DNA from: Lingula anatina
Lineage: Eukaryota > Animalia > Brachiopoda
Assembly (NCBI GenBank): GCA_051362555.1
Contig: CM120640.1
Span: 34,801,967 to 34,865,966, forward strand
Reading direction: 5' to 3'
DNA length: 64,000 bases
Position numbers and translations under genes: made by a program. Below, in pieces: positions 47,481 to 60,690 of this stretch; the stretch's first letter is position 1; each line of letters begins with the position of its first letter. The notes below the pieces were generated by a model. The model did no database searches. It saw only the letters and a program-made list of their open reading frames with translations, and was not told the origin of the DNA.

Positions 47481-49559
47481 ACATTATAATCATTCATGTA
47501 CAAATGACTTTTAAGATAAACTGTAATATTGTTTATTCTTGTTTAGCTTGTTATATTATGTTCTAGTTCTGAAAATTGTTATGTGTTAATCATAGCTTAG
47601 CAATATAGTAAAATTGTTCAAGAACATTGCTTTATGTTATGAGAATCCGTCCGTAACAATAGTAATGGTACATTTCTATATAGCCTATGTAATTTTGGTG
47701 CAGATACAGAGTAAAGGGCCTGTTATGATAGTAATCATAAAATGGCTTTCATCATGGATTGCAATGTATTTTGATATAGTGAAGATTTTACCCAAAATAT
47801 AAAATCTGATGTCAGTATATGCTTTTTATTTTATTTGCTTTTTGGCATATTTATACATTTTGCAAAATATTTTATAGGAAAGTTTGATTTATACTAAACT
47901 GCATGTTGTATTATGCTTTACATCACTGTTTCTCCTTGTTATGTGCAAAATAGATAAAAATATAGAACCAGCCATATTGTTTCGTATATCTGAATATGAT
48001 TCTGGCACAGGTGAGGTAACATTTTAAATTTATTTTAATAATATATGGCACATTCCTTTTAATTTTGGAGCTTAAAAAACTGATTGATTAATAATAATGC
48101 ACTGTTCTAAAGATATATAAGTCTTATAAAGTCCCTATAGTTCCTTAACTACCTTGAGCTTCAGATCTGATACCTTTTATTTTTTATTTCAGAAGAATGC
48201 TTGGAAGAGATTAAAAAGGTTGATTCATGTAAGTATAGGAGCATAAGATATAATAGGAAGAAATCTAATGATGAATTATTTGCTGGAGTCTAATGAATTT
48301 ATTACTGTAACAATTTGATGAAGAAATTTTTTTTGCAATGTTTTGCATTGTCTGAAACAATGCTTTGAAAGAAAGAAGTTGGCTCAATAGTCTAGTGGGA
48401 TTTCCACAAAAGATGAATGGTAGGGGCATTTTGGGGTAAAAGTTGGGAACCAGGCTTATTGGCATAATTTTGGGATGCTGAATCCGATTTACCCGGTTCC
48501 CAAGCGAAATTTTGCGTTTTTAACGGTCTAATTTGCAAAAAAACAAAATGGCCGCCAGATTTCCTATTTTCTGCAATATCTCTGGAACTAGACAGGCAAA
48601 TATTACAAATGAAGTGTCTTTACCTATATTTTCAGGGTCGAGGAACATTATTAAGATGTTTCTGTTAGAATTAGATTTACGTAATTTTCCAAAATATGCA
48701 AATTAGGATCGCCATTATTGAAAAACCATTTTACTTCTGTATCTATGTAACTAGGCAAGCAAACATGACAAATGAAGTGTCTACACCTATGTTCTCAGGG
48801 TCAGGGAATGTGATAAATCAGATGTCTTGTCTTTTGGGTAGCACTGACTTTGTGAATCGTGTCCGAGTAGCACCTTTTATTGTTTCTTCCCTGTATCTGT
48901 CAAACACAAGTCAATCTGCTGATAGTTAGAACCTGCCTTCAGAACTGCTTTTGCGTTAACTAGGCAAGCAAACATGACATATTAAGTGCCCACACCCATG
49001 TTTTTAGCATTAGGGAAAGTGATTAAGACATTTTCACTATAATCAAATCAGCAATGAGTGCTACACGGTCACACTGTAGCAATTATTCGAATCTGAATTG
49101 AATTTTGCAATTAAATACTGCGCTGCCATTGGGATGTAAACATATTGGATCACACAACTGCCCCTTTTACCTAGATTTAAAAAATATTACCTTATTAATG
49201 CAATGGAGGGATTTGCCGAATCATGTAATTCATGTGATGCAATGTACAGACCTCACATTTAAAATGGATTTTTTCAAACATATTTTCTTTTTTTCCCATA
49301 TATTAGTAATGGATGAAAAAAACACTTGTTATCGTGTTCGATATGGCTTTAATAAATCAACCCGTGTGAATACATCATCAAAAATTTAATTTAAATAAGA
49401 ATTCATATCAGCGTTATAAACAGCGCATGGATAATTTTATAGCTGATAACAACGAGGTATTAAATTCTTATGAACTCGATATTATCAAGAATATCAGTTG
49501 GTAAGGATTTTCTCTCACACAAAAGAATCATCAAGACAAATGTGAAAAATGGCAACTGA

Positions 49560-50520
49560 TAACAACGCGTGCAGCCTCTTCTAGCTGCAACCAGAACCCT
49601 CATTCCATGCAGAGAGGTTTCTGAGAGTATGATCCAGTATTGTGTTACACGCATTAGTTAGAGATTGCATAAGCTTGTGCCGATTTGTAGGCTGGACGGG
49701 ACTGCTAGCGATTTATGCCCACTGGTTTTCTATAGAATTCATGTCAGGGGAATTTCGTCGGCCAAGGCAACTGGTTTACTTCTTGGTTTTGCAGAAAAGC
49801 AGTTATTGCATGGGCATGGTTTGGTAGGGCATTGTCATCTTGCAGGATGAAGTTGTCCTGGAAGTACCTTCTTGCAAATTGCAGCAAGTACTCTCTAAAA
49901 TGTCCCTGTATTTTATCTGGTTGAAGTTTCCGTCAATTGCCACCAATATTGTTTTGGCTCCAGCGTGGAAACCGGCCCATACAGAGATACTGCCACGGCC
50001 ACAAGTCACTGTAGTGTGACACAATCCTCGTGCAGTAACTCGTCTGGAAACCTACTGACTCTGATTCAGCCATCGCGGTGGTGGAATTCAAACCCTGCCT
50101 CATCTGTAAAAATCTACATGAACCCAGTGCTGTGCCTGGAACCGCAAATGGCGTCTAGCCCACCATGTTGCTCTGTTCATAGAGTTAACCAGCTAAAAGT
50201 AGCCTTGCATTCACTAGAGTTCTAGAAACATGCTTTTGAATGGTAATTTGCCACTCATTTTGTACAGCAAGAGTTGTCTTTATCCGGTTGTTACGACATA
50301 ACCGCAGAAGCAAGCGGTATTCCCTTCTGGTGGTGACTTAAGGACGTCCTGGCCGTGGTGTCTGTGTTAATGCACCAGTCTGGGCGTGTTTCTGTAAGAC
50401 GTTAGAAACTGCTCCCTAAGACACATTCAGCTGTCTGGCAATAGCAGTTTGCTTCTGTCCATTCTGACATAATGCAACAATAGTGTGGCAAGTCGCTGCC
50501 GTTAGTTCACATACCGTAAG
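49560..50520 (-). mobile_element. Tc1-family transposase pseudogene nested in the Academ element
   Basis: HTH segment IVALCQNGQKQTAIARQLNVS, then FTDEAGF, GRGSISVWAGF, YRDILE, FILQDDNA, WPTK.PDMNSIENQW. Frameshifts and stops throughout. Confidence 0.85.
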
Positions 50521-51148
50521 GTCAGCTAAGAGTCTGAAACATATCAAACTCTTCTGACTGGACGCTGCCGAAATAAAGAGACTTATTCTGCATAACTGCT
50601 GCCCTTTTATACGCATTCTGTAACCAGCCAAAGAGGACTGCTCAGAGAAACTGCCACATATTACGTAATATAACCGTGCTTCAGAGAAAGCAGCCTAATG
50701 AACAATAACCAACAAACCTGGCTACACATATACCTGATCACAATTGTCGTTTGTGATCAATTTTTCTAAAAAGTTAATTTATTATCAACACTTTCCTTTT
50801 AAACTAAAATATTCCATATTAAATGTCAATATGTATGTGTATACTTCAAGTACACTATGACATCTCACCTCATTCATTTCAGCGATTTTTCCATTAGCTT
50901 ATTACTGGTTACCCATTGGTATCGTTTCATTTTAATTAACAAAATTTCTTGAATTTTTGCTTTAATCTTCTGATATTCTATTGAATCCAATTAATTGATT
51001 GACGATACGAAAAGCATTTCTGTGTTAATAGCAAGTCTGAGCAGTTTCTCAAGCTTCTAAACGATTTCCTTGAGGCCAAATCTGTAACAGGAAGGTTAAC
51101 AGAAGACGTATTCTGCCCTGATGAAATTAAACTAAATGACTCCTCACC

Positions 51149-51399
51149 CAGTGGCGGATTTGGGGGGGGGGGGTCAAGGGGGCCCTGACCCCCCATTCGA
51201 ATTCTGGTCCCCCCTTGAAATTATAATTTTGACCAGCTGAATCATAGTTGTAAACCATATCAAATGGCACCGTTCGCCCTCTTAAATACCAAAATTTTTC
51301 GTGGCCCTTCAACAGGCCCCTAACCCGTTGCCAAGTGGGGAGGGGGGGAGGCTTTGCATCCGCGGACTCCCCCTTCAAATAATCCTGGATCCGCCTCTG
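51149..51399. mobile_element. MITE (same family as 13805-14056) inserted in the Academ transposase remnant
   Basis: TIR CAGTGGCGGATT / GATCCGCCTCTG. It splits the Academ-like peptide between KLNDSS and SSCLIIDG. Confidence 0.85.
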
Positions 51400-52429
51400 C
51401 TCATCTTGCCTTATAATTGATGGGCAAGCACTGGCAATTTCACTGGGAAGGTCTGACAATGCAGTGACCTTTGGTAGTTTTGCTGACACGTACGTAAAAG
51501 CAGTTCTGAAGGCAGGTTCTAACTATCAGCAGATTGAATAGTGTTTGGGAGGAAACAATAAAATGTGCTACTCGGACATGATTCACAAAGTCAGTGCTAC
51601 CCATCAGACAAGAAATCTGATTTATCACATTCCCTGACCCTGAGAACATAGGTGTAGACACTTCATTTGTCATGTTTGCTTGCCTAGTTACAGAGATACA
51701 GAAGTAAAACGGTTTTTCAGTAATGGCGATCCTAATTTGCATATTTTGGAAAATTACGTAAATCTAATTCTAACAGAAACATCTTAATAATGTTCCTCGA
51801 CCCTGAAAATATAGGTAAAGACACTTCATTTGTAATATTTGCCTGTCTAGTTCCAGAGATATTGCAGAAAATAGGAAATCTGGCGGCCATTTTGTTTTTT
51901 TGCAAATTAGACCGTTAAAAACGCAAAATTTCGCTTGGGAACCGGGTAAATCGGATTCAGCATCCCAAAATTATGCTATTAAGCCTGGTTCCCAACTTTT
52001 ACCCCAAAATGCCCCTTGCCTCTTATGCAGAGCCTTTTTTCAAAAATCTCACTAGACTACAATACAGTGTGTCAGGCATAAAACGAAATTCACAAATCCC
52101 ATGCAACACCACAAATTTGCAAATTTTACAGATACTCAGACTATTTTTTAAACTCACAATTTCTTAAAATTTAAACACATTTATTGAGTAGTAACAACAC
52201 ATAAAAGCAAGCTACTATATAGTTCTATTCTATGCAGTAAAAGCACTATAAATGCTTTATAGAAATATCTTTTTGTAATTATATAATTTGTGTCTGAAGT
52301 TTGATACAATTTGCCCATTGAGTCATAGCTGTATATTGTAAGTATGTTTTTATACCAGGTTTCCGTTGGAAACTTGAATATATTTCAAATCTGTTGACCA
52401 CATACACTATAAAAGCTTATTATTTGTCT

Positions 52430-52557
52430 TATATTTGTAGTCCAATTTTATCCAATGTTTTTAATTACATATTTTTTTCATTCCAGCTCCAAAGCCTTCA
52501 AAACAAAGATCACGGTTTAGGAGATTCCTGCACACTATCTTCTCTTGCTTTAGGCGC

Positions 52558-52589
<32 letters not shown>

Positions 52590-53065
52590 CACTTTACTAA
52601 ATATAAACTGATACGTAAATACTAAGAGGCCTTCATTGAACTTCATTTGTTTTCTTACCTAGTACAATCATTTCTCAAGTCTCACTTCTTACTGGACTCC
52701 GTGTTTGTAGCAAACACATACTGTGCATGTTGAGATGTAAGCAACAAAGACTCTTAAGTGTCAGTGAATTTATAGCTGTATGTCTCTGCAGAATCCATTG
52801 TCAGTTGCCATAATTGTGAATGTTGCTTTGTTTTTGATTAACACTTTTTACTTATTGGACCTGAAGAAAGAGTGGTTTTGAAAGGTTGTAGATTTTACAA
52901 ACTACAAATGTATTAGTACTACAGGTACATGTGATAATATTTGTAGTCCAATTTTATCCAATGTTTTTAATTATAATACATATATTTTTCATTCCAGCGC
53001 CCAAAACTTCAAAACGAAGATCAAGGTTCAGGAGATTTCTGGATACTATTCTGTCTTGCTTTAGA
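52430..53065. repeat. Diverged ~125-bp direct duplication
   Basis: ATATTTGTAGTCCAATTTTATCCAATGTTTTTAATTA...CTTGCTTTAG at ~52431-52553 and ~52938-53063. Confidence 0.8.
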
Positions 53066-53339
53066 TGAGTCTGAGACATTTTTTATTTTAAAAGACTTGA
53101 TGTTTTGATTTTCGGAATGGACTGCTGCAGATTAATCTATTGCTTTTATCATTTCCCACAACTCCAAGCTGATGTAGCTTTATTATTCAACGTTAAAGTT
53201 CCTTTTACTTAAATTAATGAGTAAATTTCAAAGTATTTTTTTTTATAATGGCACAATTTCAGATGACTTGTTTCTCCCTTGTTGTTTCTATTGATATTTT
53301 CGTGTTTGATTTTCGGAAAGGCCGCTGAAAATATTGAGC

Positions 53340-53371
<32 letters not shown>

Positions 53372-54559
53372 CCAGTGTGTCAGACATAAAATAGAATACA
53401 CACATTCCAATAGTAAGGCAGAAAACTGTTGATATACAATGGTTAGCCCATCCTGTGGGACCATTGGGTTAAGGCGTTTGAGCGGGATTCTTACCGGTAG
53501 ATGAACTCCATGTGGATCCATTACCACTAGACACAGGAGCACATCTACCCAAATCAGGCAGCAAAGATGTGCAACAAATTAGCAATTGAAGTATTGGATA
53601 ATGACATGTTGCACTTGATGCAGGAACTAGTAAATGCATATGGTACTACTTTTTTTAAAAAGTTACATATATCATTTTCTTAAGTAAATTTATTTATTAG
53701 TATCAGCATTTCATTGCACTCAGTACATTGTTAAAGGGTCTATATCTATACAAAACCAATAAAATTTCTAGACATGTAACTAGAAAATGTTTTAGTGACT
53801 GGACCCTTGAATCTTTGAAGTATATGTTATACAAAGATGACTAACTTAAGCAGGGCTGTTTTAATTAACATTTTGTAGGCTGTGAGAACTGATCTCAGGG
53901 GTATCATTGCGCTGCTTGAGCAATCAAGTAATTCATTGCAATCATTCAAGACCTGGGGACAATTAAAGACAGAGAGGATAGCTGCCTAAACAACATTGAA
54001 GTCTGTATGGGAGTGGTCTGAGGAATGGTCAACAACAACAACGAGTGACCAGAGGCAACTCCTGTTCTACCAAACCAGAGGTGATCTGTCATCTTGTATA
54101 ATAAGATTTTTTTTCTTAATTAATAAACTGATGAAAACTCATTGAGATTCCCATCTGCTTATGTAGTACCTGGCCAGTTGAATTCTGACTTGATTGAAAA
54201 TTTCATTTCCTCCAAAATGGCAATGCACAATGGAGCCAATGCTAACCCTACCTACATATATTAATAGCCCCTGTAAGGAGAATCTTGTAACAGAAATTAA
54301 CAGAAAGAAAAAGTGGAACTGATGAACAGAACAGAAAGAAAAAGTTGAACTGATTAACAGGAAACAGAACATATGTTCAAGGACAACATCTTTAGGTCTC
54401 TAGAAAGCCTCCAATTGGTCAGCACTAGATCATAGACAGCAGCGGGACGGAAGTGAGAAATCCAACATGGTGGCCCCCAGCGCTGCCGAGACACTGCCTC
54501 TGGCCGTTTACCGATTTTCGTCCATGGATTAGATGCTACACTTTTTTATTTTTATGGAT

Positions 54560-54727
54560 GACATTCTCTGGGGACCCGGAAATTGGTGCAAGAGGGCGAA
54601 AAAAAAATGTACCAACTGTTATAACTTCTATCATTACATGTGTATAAGAATAGATGCCAAGTCTGCTGCTACGCTAGTCACCAATAACTCCTATACTTGT
54701 GATGATTGTAAAAGAAAACTCAAGTAA
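54560..54727 (+). pseudogene. Partial PHD-finger coding remnant, probably transposon-derived
   Basis: CTNCYNFYHYMCIRIDAKSAATLVTNNSYTCDDCK fits the CxxC-x4-HxxC...YxCxxC part of a PHD finger. Confidence 0.5.
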
Positions 54728-55938
54728 CTGCAAGCAGAGCAACAAATACCCGGGTAGCAGTTGGCTATCATCAAAAATTACATTCTTGTGAAATGTCCTA
54801 CATGTACATGCGGTGCCCATGTTTGTATATGGACATACCAAGGCACGCTCATAATATATACTCATGGAATTTAAAAAATGCATCACTTGATATTTCAGTG
54901 AATATTTTTATAGGATGTAGTTTTACAGCAAAATATCAGTTCGTGTATGTTTGCTAAATATTTGTTTGAATTTTGTTGAGCATGAAGCATTGAACACTGC
55001 ATGAATGCACCTACTTTTATATTTTAAGATAATAGTTATTTTCTTTCATGAAAAAAAATTTGACTGGATATATTGCCCTACATTGTTACACTGTTCAAAT
55101 TAGCATGTGTTTTGCACGTAGTTGGATAAGAAATTGTTGAGGTAACAATTCTTTTATTATATATTTTCATGATAAAATATTCCATAGATTTGATATAAAA
55201 AGTAATTTGACTTTGCTTTTTATTTGAATAACATATGTGCATAGTAATTGCAACAAGGCTGTAATACTATGTTAGTAATGTAATGATAATTTAAACTCCC
55301 CCTCTGTAGGTGAAATTACCTTTTTTATGGTGTTTTTCCTCAAAATTAAGGGGTCACCCCCCCCCTCCTCGGAGGTGTGAAGACCCTAAACCACCCCCTC
55401 AGCAAAATCCTGGATCCTCCCCTGAGGCTGTATTATTAAAATAATTATATGGGCATACATGTAGTCCTATTAGAGAGTAAATATATGGGCATTTTTACAA
55501 TCCTGGGCACTTTTCAGATTTTCCCACATATTGCTAATTAACAAATTGCATACATATAATCAAAGAATTCTTAAATCACCATGTTAGAGAATGGTGTAAG
55601 TGAAGATAAACACTGAAAACAGAAACCAAATATCACCCCCGAGTCCAAAGTTATGCTAAAGCAAAGCCCGGAAAATGACCAAAAATTTTTCCCGTTTTAG
55701 TCATATGAAATAAAAAGCAATCTGAAATAAATTAAAACAGTGTTGGACATTGCATTTTTTTGGATTATAAAACACTCAGTAGTATGGTGGAAGCAAAAAA
55801 GTTTAAATATTAACAGGAGAGAGAAGTATCCTAGAAAAAAGTCTTTTAATGGCATGCTGGTATTTCCGTTAAACGAAATGTCCATTCCGAAACAAAAATA
55901 AATGACTTTCAGAAAATATATCATAAAGCATACAGTAT

Positions 55939-58131
55939 AACTAGAGGATCAGAGAGGCGATACTGCCTCCGAATATTGTACCACCAGCTGGAGTAAGCGC
56001 ATTCGTATAGACCCCCACATACACAAAATAAGGGACACAGCCACCAGTCTTGTGCTTGACAAGCTGTAAAAATGCAATCAACAAGAATTTTCAAAATATG
56101 CAAAAAATATATATGACTAAAAATGGTACAATCAAAGTTTAGTTCATCGTAAGGTAGGTCAAAGGTCAATTTCAAGGTCACAGTAAATTGCCAGTATATG
56201 ACTTCCTATTCAACTTCAATAGTAACTATGGACCTATCTCTGCCAGGTATGGAGATAAAAGGGAAGCAAAATTTGCAAAGTTCAGTTCATGGTGAAAAGT
56301 AGGTCAAAGGTCAATTTCAAGGTCACATTTAGATTGCCAGTATATGACTTCCTATTCAAGTTCAATAGTAACTATGGACCTATCTCTGCCAGTTTTGGAG
56401 ATAAAAGGGAAGCAAAATTTGCAAAGTTCAGTTCATGGTGAAAAGTAGCTCAAAGGTCAATTTCAAGGTCACATTTGGATTGCCAGTATATGACTTCCTA
56501 TTCAACTTCAATAGTAACTATGGACCTATCTCTGCCAGTTTTGGAGATATAAAGGACTAAATGTTATAATTTTGGAGTTACCATAATGTGCCATAAATTT
56601 CCTACAGAAGAAATTAATTAAAATAAAGACAAGGTCAGTTTGGTCAAAATTCTTGAGATGGGAGGTGCTCTGAAGTTCCAGATGTTCAAATTTTATGAAA
56701 TAATGTCATTTTTGACCACAAGTTGTCTGCTTTGCCAAGCCTTATGTTTTATTTTTCCGGAGTTCAAAATTTATTATCCATTACTGTACTACACATTTTG
56801 CTTTCACCACCAATATGTACTTTTTGATACAGCGTAACTTTCGAGATAAAAGGGAAGCAAAATATGCAAAGTTCAATTCATGATGAAAAGTAGGTCAAAG
56901 GTTAATTTCAAGGTCACAGTAAGATTGCCAGTATATGACTTCCTATTCAAGTTCAATAATAACTACGGACCTATCTCTGCCAGTTTTGGAGATAAAAGGG
57001 GAGCAAAATTTGCAAAGTTCAGTTCATGGTGAAAAGTAGCTCAAAGGTCAATTTCAAGGTCACATTTGGATTGCCAGTATATGACTTCCTATTCAACTTC
57101 AATAGTAACTATGGACCTATCTCTGCCAGTTTTGGAGATATAAAGGACTAAATGTTATAATTTTGGAGTTACCATAATGTGCCATAAATTTCCTACAGAA
57201 AAAATTAATTAAAATTAAGAAAAGGTCATTTTGGTCAAAATTCTTGAAATGGGAGGTGCTCTGAAGTTCCAGAAGTTCAAATTTGATGAAATAATGTCAA
57301 TTTTGACCACAAGTTGTCTGCTTTGCCAAGCCTTATGTTTTATATTTCCGGAGTTCAAAATTTATCATCCATTACCGTACTGTACATTTTGCTTTCACCA
57401 CCAATATGTACTTTTTGATACAGCGTAACTCGAAAACTGTATGGAATACAAAAAAACGGAGACCATTTCCAGTGTTGGGCTTCACATGCTCTACAAAATG
57501 CAAAAAAGAATGGGTCTCTAGCATTAACGGTTCCCGAATTAGAGACAGTTTTCAGTTTCGGTATCTTATGGCCGCTACTCCTGTGAAAATGCACCGATTG
57601 ACCCCAAATTCACGGAGATGAAAGATGACCTGAAGGGTAACACTTTCCAATAATATTATTGGTTAAGTCTGTGTGGTGTCTGAATAACAGGGCAAATAAT
57701 TTTTTTTTCGTAAAAAAATTCATTTTTTTGAAAATTTTGGCCCATTTGACCTTGAAAAAAAGGTCAAAGGTCAAATCCAAGGGCATATTTGAAATCTACA
57801 CATATGACTTTTGGAAAGCCGTCTGTAGAAATTTTTCCCATAATTCCTTCCGTAGGGTAGATAATTAGCATTTAATTTTGCCATTTTTAGACAAGGGTGC
57901 ATTGCAATGAGTGCCACACCTAGACCCCAATACCGACAAAGCCCAAATTTTACGTGGAATGAGTTGAGATTATAGGTGACATAAATCCAAGAGATGGGTA
58001 CGGGGGCCCTTACCGTCTAGGAGGAGAAGCGGTAATGGTAGCCGTCCGACGGAGCCGCAGGAGCCGGCAGAACGATCCGGACGGGACTAAAACCATGTGT
58101 ACTGCCAGCGCTAACGCTGGTGGTACAATTA
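55939..58131 (-). mobile_element. HINE/Helentron-type non-autonomous element with internal 146-bp satellite units
   Basis: Subterminal inverted repeat TTGTACCACCAGC (~55976) / GCTGGTGGTACAA (58116-58128), hairpin GTACTGCCAGCG-CTAA-CGCTGGTGGTAC, small hairpin GAGGCGATACTGCCTC at the other end, CGGA-type microsatellite remnant. Core units at 56157, 56302, 56448, 56893, 57039, within a 591-bp higher-order duplication. Confidence 0.8.
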
Positions 58132-58794
58132 ACCATCCTAATCATTATTCGGATGTATTGGTATTGTTTGTATCAAATAATGAAATCTGCGCGATGATTC
58201 TGGAGCTTGACATGGAGTGCAAAATAACCATACTGTGTTTTTCCGTTAAATTTGTCCATTCCGAAACATTGGGTTTCTCTTACATAAAAAGAACATGTTG
58301 ACACCTAGCCTGTAACAATATATATTTCTCTAAAGCCCAGGGCATGTGATATTTATTTTTATATAAGAAAACCCCAGTGCACAGAAACCCATTCAACTGT
58401 GGCCTTTTTTGAGAATTGTCCATTCTGAAACAAAGTACCTTTACATTGCCAATGCCATAAATAGAGAGAATTCTGTCTTTAATGCTGTATGTTTCACTTG
58501 ACATGAGCAAATTACTGTTAGAGCATCATGCATATGACATAAAAATAATAGAAAAACATTTCTTCAATGGCATCTTTTTAAATTTCTATATATTTCCTCA
58601 ATAAAAAAATTCATTTTTGCGAGTCAGCATCTTTTCTTTGGATCTACTAAAACTTACATTGCATATTTTCCCAAAGTTCATGTATTTCAAAGTTAAATTA
58701 ACATTTAATTAAAGAGATTATATCAATATAAATAGAAATATAGGCAATTTGGATGCTTTGTATCGGAAAGGACATTTTTTAACACATTGTCTAA

Positions 58795-59344
58795 GAGCGC
58801 ATTCTCAACGAATTAAGCCAGGCTTTACAAAGCCGGTGACCTAAAAATGGCGGACGTACATGAAAGAAAAACCGCCTAATCTTTTAATAGTCTCTCCGCC
58901 TCTCACACGCCTCCCCACACGTCGTCCCTGCGGGGTACAGTAATTAAATCTCGGCTCCGAACATTAATATTTCCGTGAATATCTCTGGTGATATTATCTC
59001 CGTAGATAGTCGATTCATTGCTGCTCTACGGGCCAAATTATTCCTTTTTCGTCTCTGTTTTCAAAGATAATAGAACAGAAGAGCTTTTTTCCTTCGATCG
59101 CCTTCAGCCGCCATGCTTTCTTCACCACGAGTTTAACTGATGAGCATGCGCACTTAATATTTCTCAGGTAGCTTAATTCTGCATGGCGAACGGAGACGCG
59201 ATTTAATTACTGTACCCCGCAGGGACGACGTGTGGGGAGGCGGAGAGACTATTAAAAGATTAGGCAATTTTTCTTTCATGTACGTCCGCCATTTTTAGGT
59301 CACTGGCTTTGTAAAGCCTGGCTTAATTCGTTGAGAATGCCCTC
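58795..59344. mobile_element. PIF/Harbinger-type MITE with ~150-bp TIRs
   Basis: TAA on both sides (58792-58794, 59345-59347). Arms GAGCGCATTCTCAACGAATTAAGCCAGGC... / ...GCCTGGCTTAATTCGTTGAGAATGCCCTC. Confidence 0.85.
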
Positions 59345-59952
59345 TAAAACACTTATTTACTCTTTGGTCTGCTCATCTATTTATTATTCATGAGGAAGAG
59401 GATGATGGGAAGCGCATCAAATTTATAAAAAATATAATTTTGAATAATATAGCTTACCTTACTTTAAATATTGCTTACTTATGATGTATATAAATGTATA
59501 CGAAAATAGTTTAATAAGTTATGAGGCTACAGGTGTTAATGTTGCGAGAGTCAGATCACTGGCACGGTTTACAAGGTTTTATCTCCGGATTGTCATTTCT
59601 TATACCCTTCAGGTCTATACTTTCAAGAAAAGTACAAATTTCAACATAATAATGACTTCTATTTTTGACCCTTGGTGGGAAAAAAAGGAGCCCAGGATTG
59701 TAAAAATGCCCATATGATCCCCTGCTTTGGTTAGCATTATGAGCCCTTGCACTAAAAATTTGTTGTTATTGGGACCATCATATTGGAGAAAGCATGAAAA
59801 AAATGAGCAGGAAAAAAATTGCAAAGTCACTATGTGATTTGAAGCCACGACGGGCCTCTCACGCTTTGTGTTTTCCGTCAGTGCCACCGAAGATATATGA
59901 TAATATCCAGTGCAGCAGTGCTTCATTCCTACTTGAATATATGTAGTATTTA

Positions 59953-60168
59953 TTGTACACCAAGAAATATTTGGCGGCGATTAATTTTCGCGTTTTTAAT
60001 CAAATTGCAAATTTAAATATTCGCAAATATGAATAATTTCACAATAACATAAGTAACAATATAACACAAATCTTGGTAAGTATGGAAACCACAAAATTAA
60101 ATAGCGACGAAAGTTCTGAATCGCAAAAACGCAAACTTTAATAGCGACAAATATTTCTTGGTTTACAG
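59953..60168. mobile_element. TA-flanked MITE (Tc1/pogo-like)
   Basis: TA|TTGTACACCAAGAAATATTTG ... CAAATATTTCTTGGTTTACAG|TA. Confidence 0.75.
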
Positions 60169-60460
60169 TATACAGTAGGTTTATCAGACCTCTGTCTTCT
60201 CTACATAAATATCATATAGGCCTAAATTAAATTTTTATTTCATAAAATAGAAAAAAATGTGGAGATATAGGACATGATAAAATAGAGCAAGTTATCAGAA
60301 CTGGAGACAGAACAAATCTTATTCTGAGATAAAATCAACTGAATATAAAAAATGTTGGATAAAAAAAAGCTGTAAAAAATTTATAACTGTAGGCCTAGGC
60401 CTATACATATGCGACTAATGATAGTGCTAAAGGCCTACATGCATGTATACCAGTGCATGG

Positions 60461-60690
60461 CAGGGGCAGATGCAGGATTTTGGAAAGGGGGGGAGGGGGG
60501 TCCAACTCTGGTTGACAAGCAAAAAAAAAGTCATCACCTCCAACAGCTTCAAAAGAGGGGGTCCAACTCTACTTCAGCGTAAAAATACCCCAAAAAAGGT
60601 CGAATTGCGAAAAGGGGGGGGGGGGTGTCCTGGCCCCAAAAGGGGGGGTCCAGGTACATATGTTTTGGCAAGGGGGGGGTCCCCCAGATT
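60461..60690. mobile_element. Degenerate CAGGGGCGGATCCAG-family MITE
   Basis: Starts CAGGGGCAGATGCAGGATTTT with G-runs. A right end of the same type (AAATCCTGGATCCTCCCCTG) occurs near 55404-55423. Confidence 0.55.

Larger units (their letters stand above)
48388..52059 (+). mobile_element. Academ DNA transposon, non-autonomous derivative with ~570-bp inverted arms
   Basis: Termini TAGTCTAGTG / CACTAGACTA with 3-bp TSD CAA on both sides. 48425-48955 is the reverse complement of ~51495-52015. Transposase remnant LTEDVFCPDEIKL..SSCLIIDGQALAISLGRSDNAVTFGSFADTYVKAVL at ~51097-51540, and FDRYREETIKGATR on the minus strand in the left arm. Confidence 0.85.

Noticed and set aside
48696-51742. Paired similar ORFs MQIRIAI... 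on opposite strands (48696-48929, 51440-51742)
   Set aside because: They are the two inverted arms of the Academ element read symmetrically, not genes.
56640-57428. Duplicated 65-aa ORFs MVKILEMGGALKF...
   Set aside because: Consequence of the 591-bp duplication in a non-coding HINE element.
59130-59200. CTGATGA inside the Harbinger MITE as a hammerhead or box C motif
   Set aside because: No stem II followed by GAAA, and no box D with a terminal stem.
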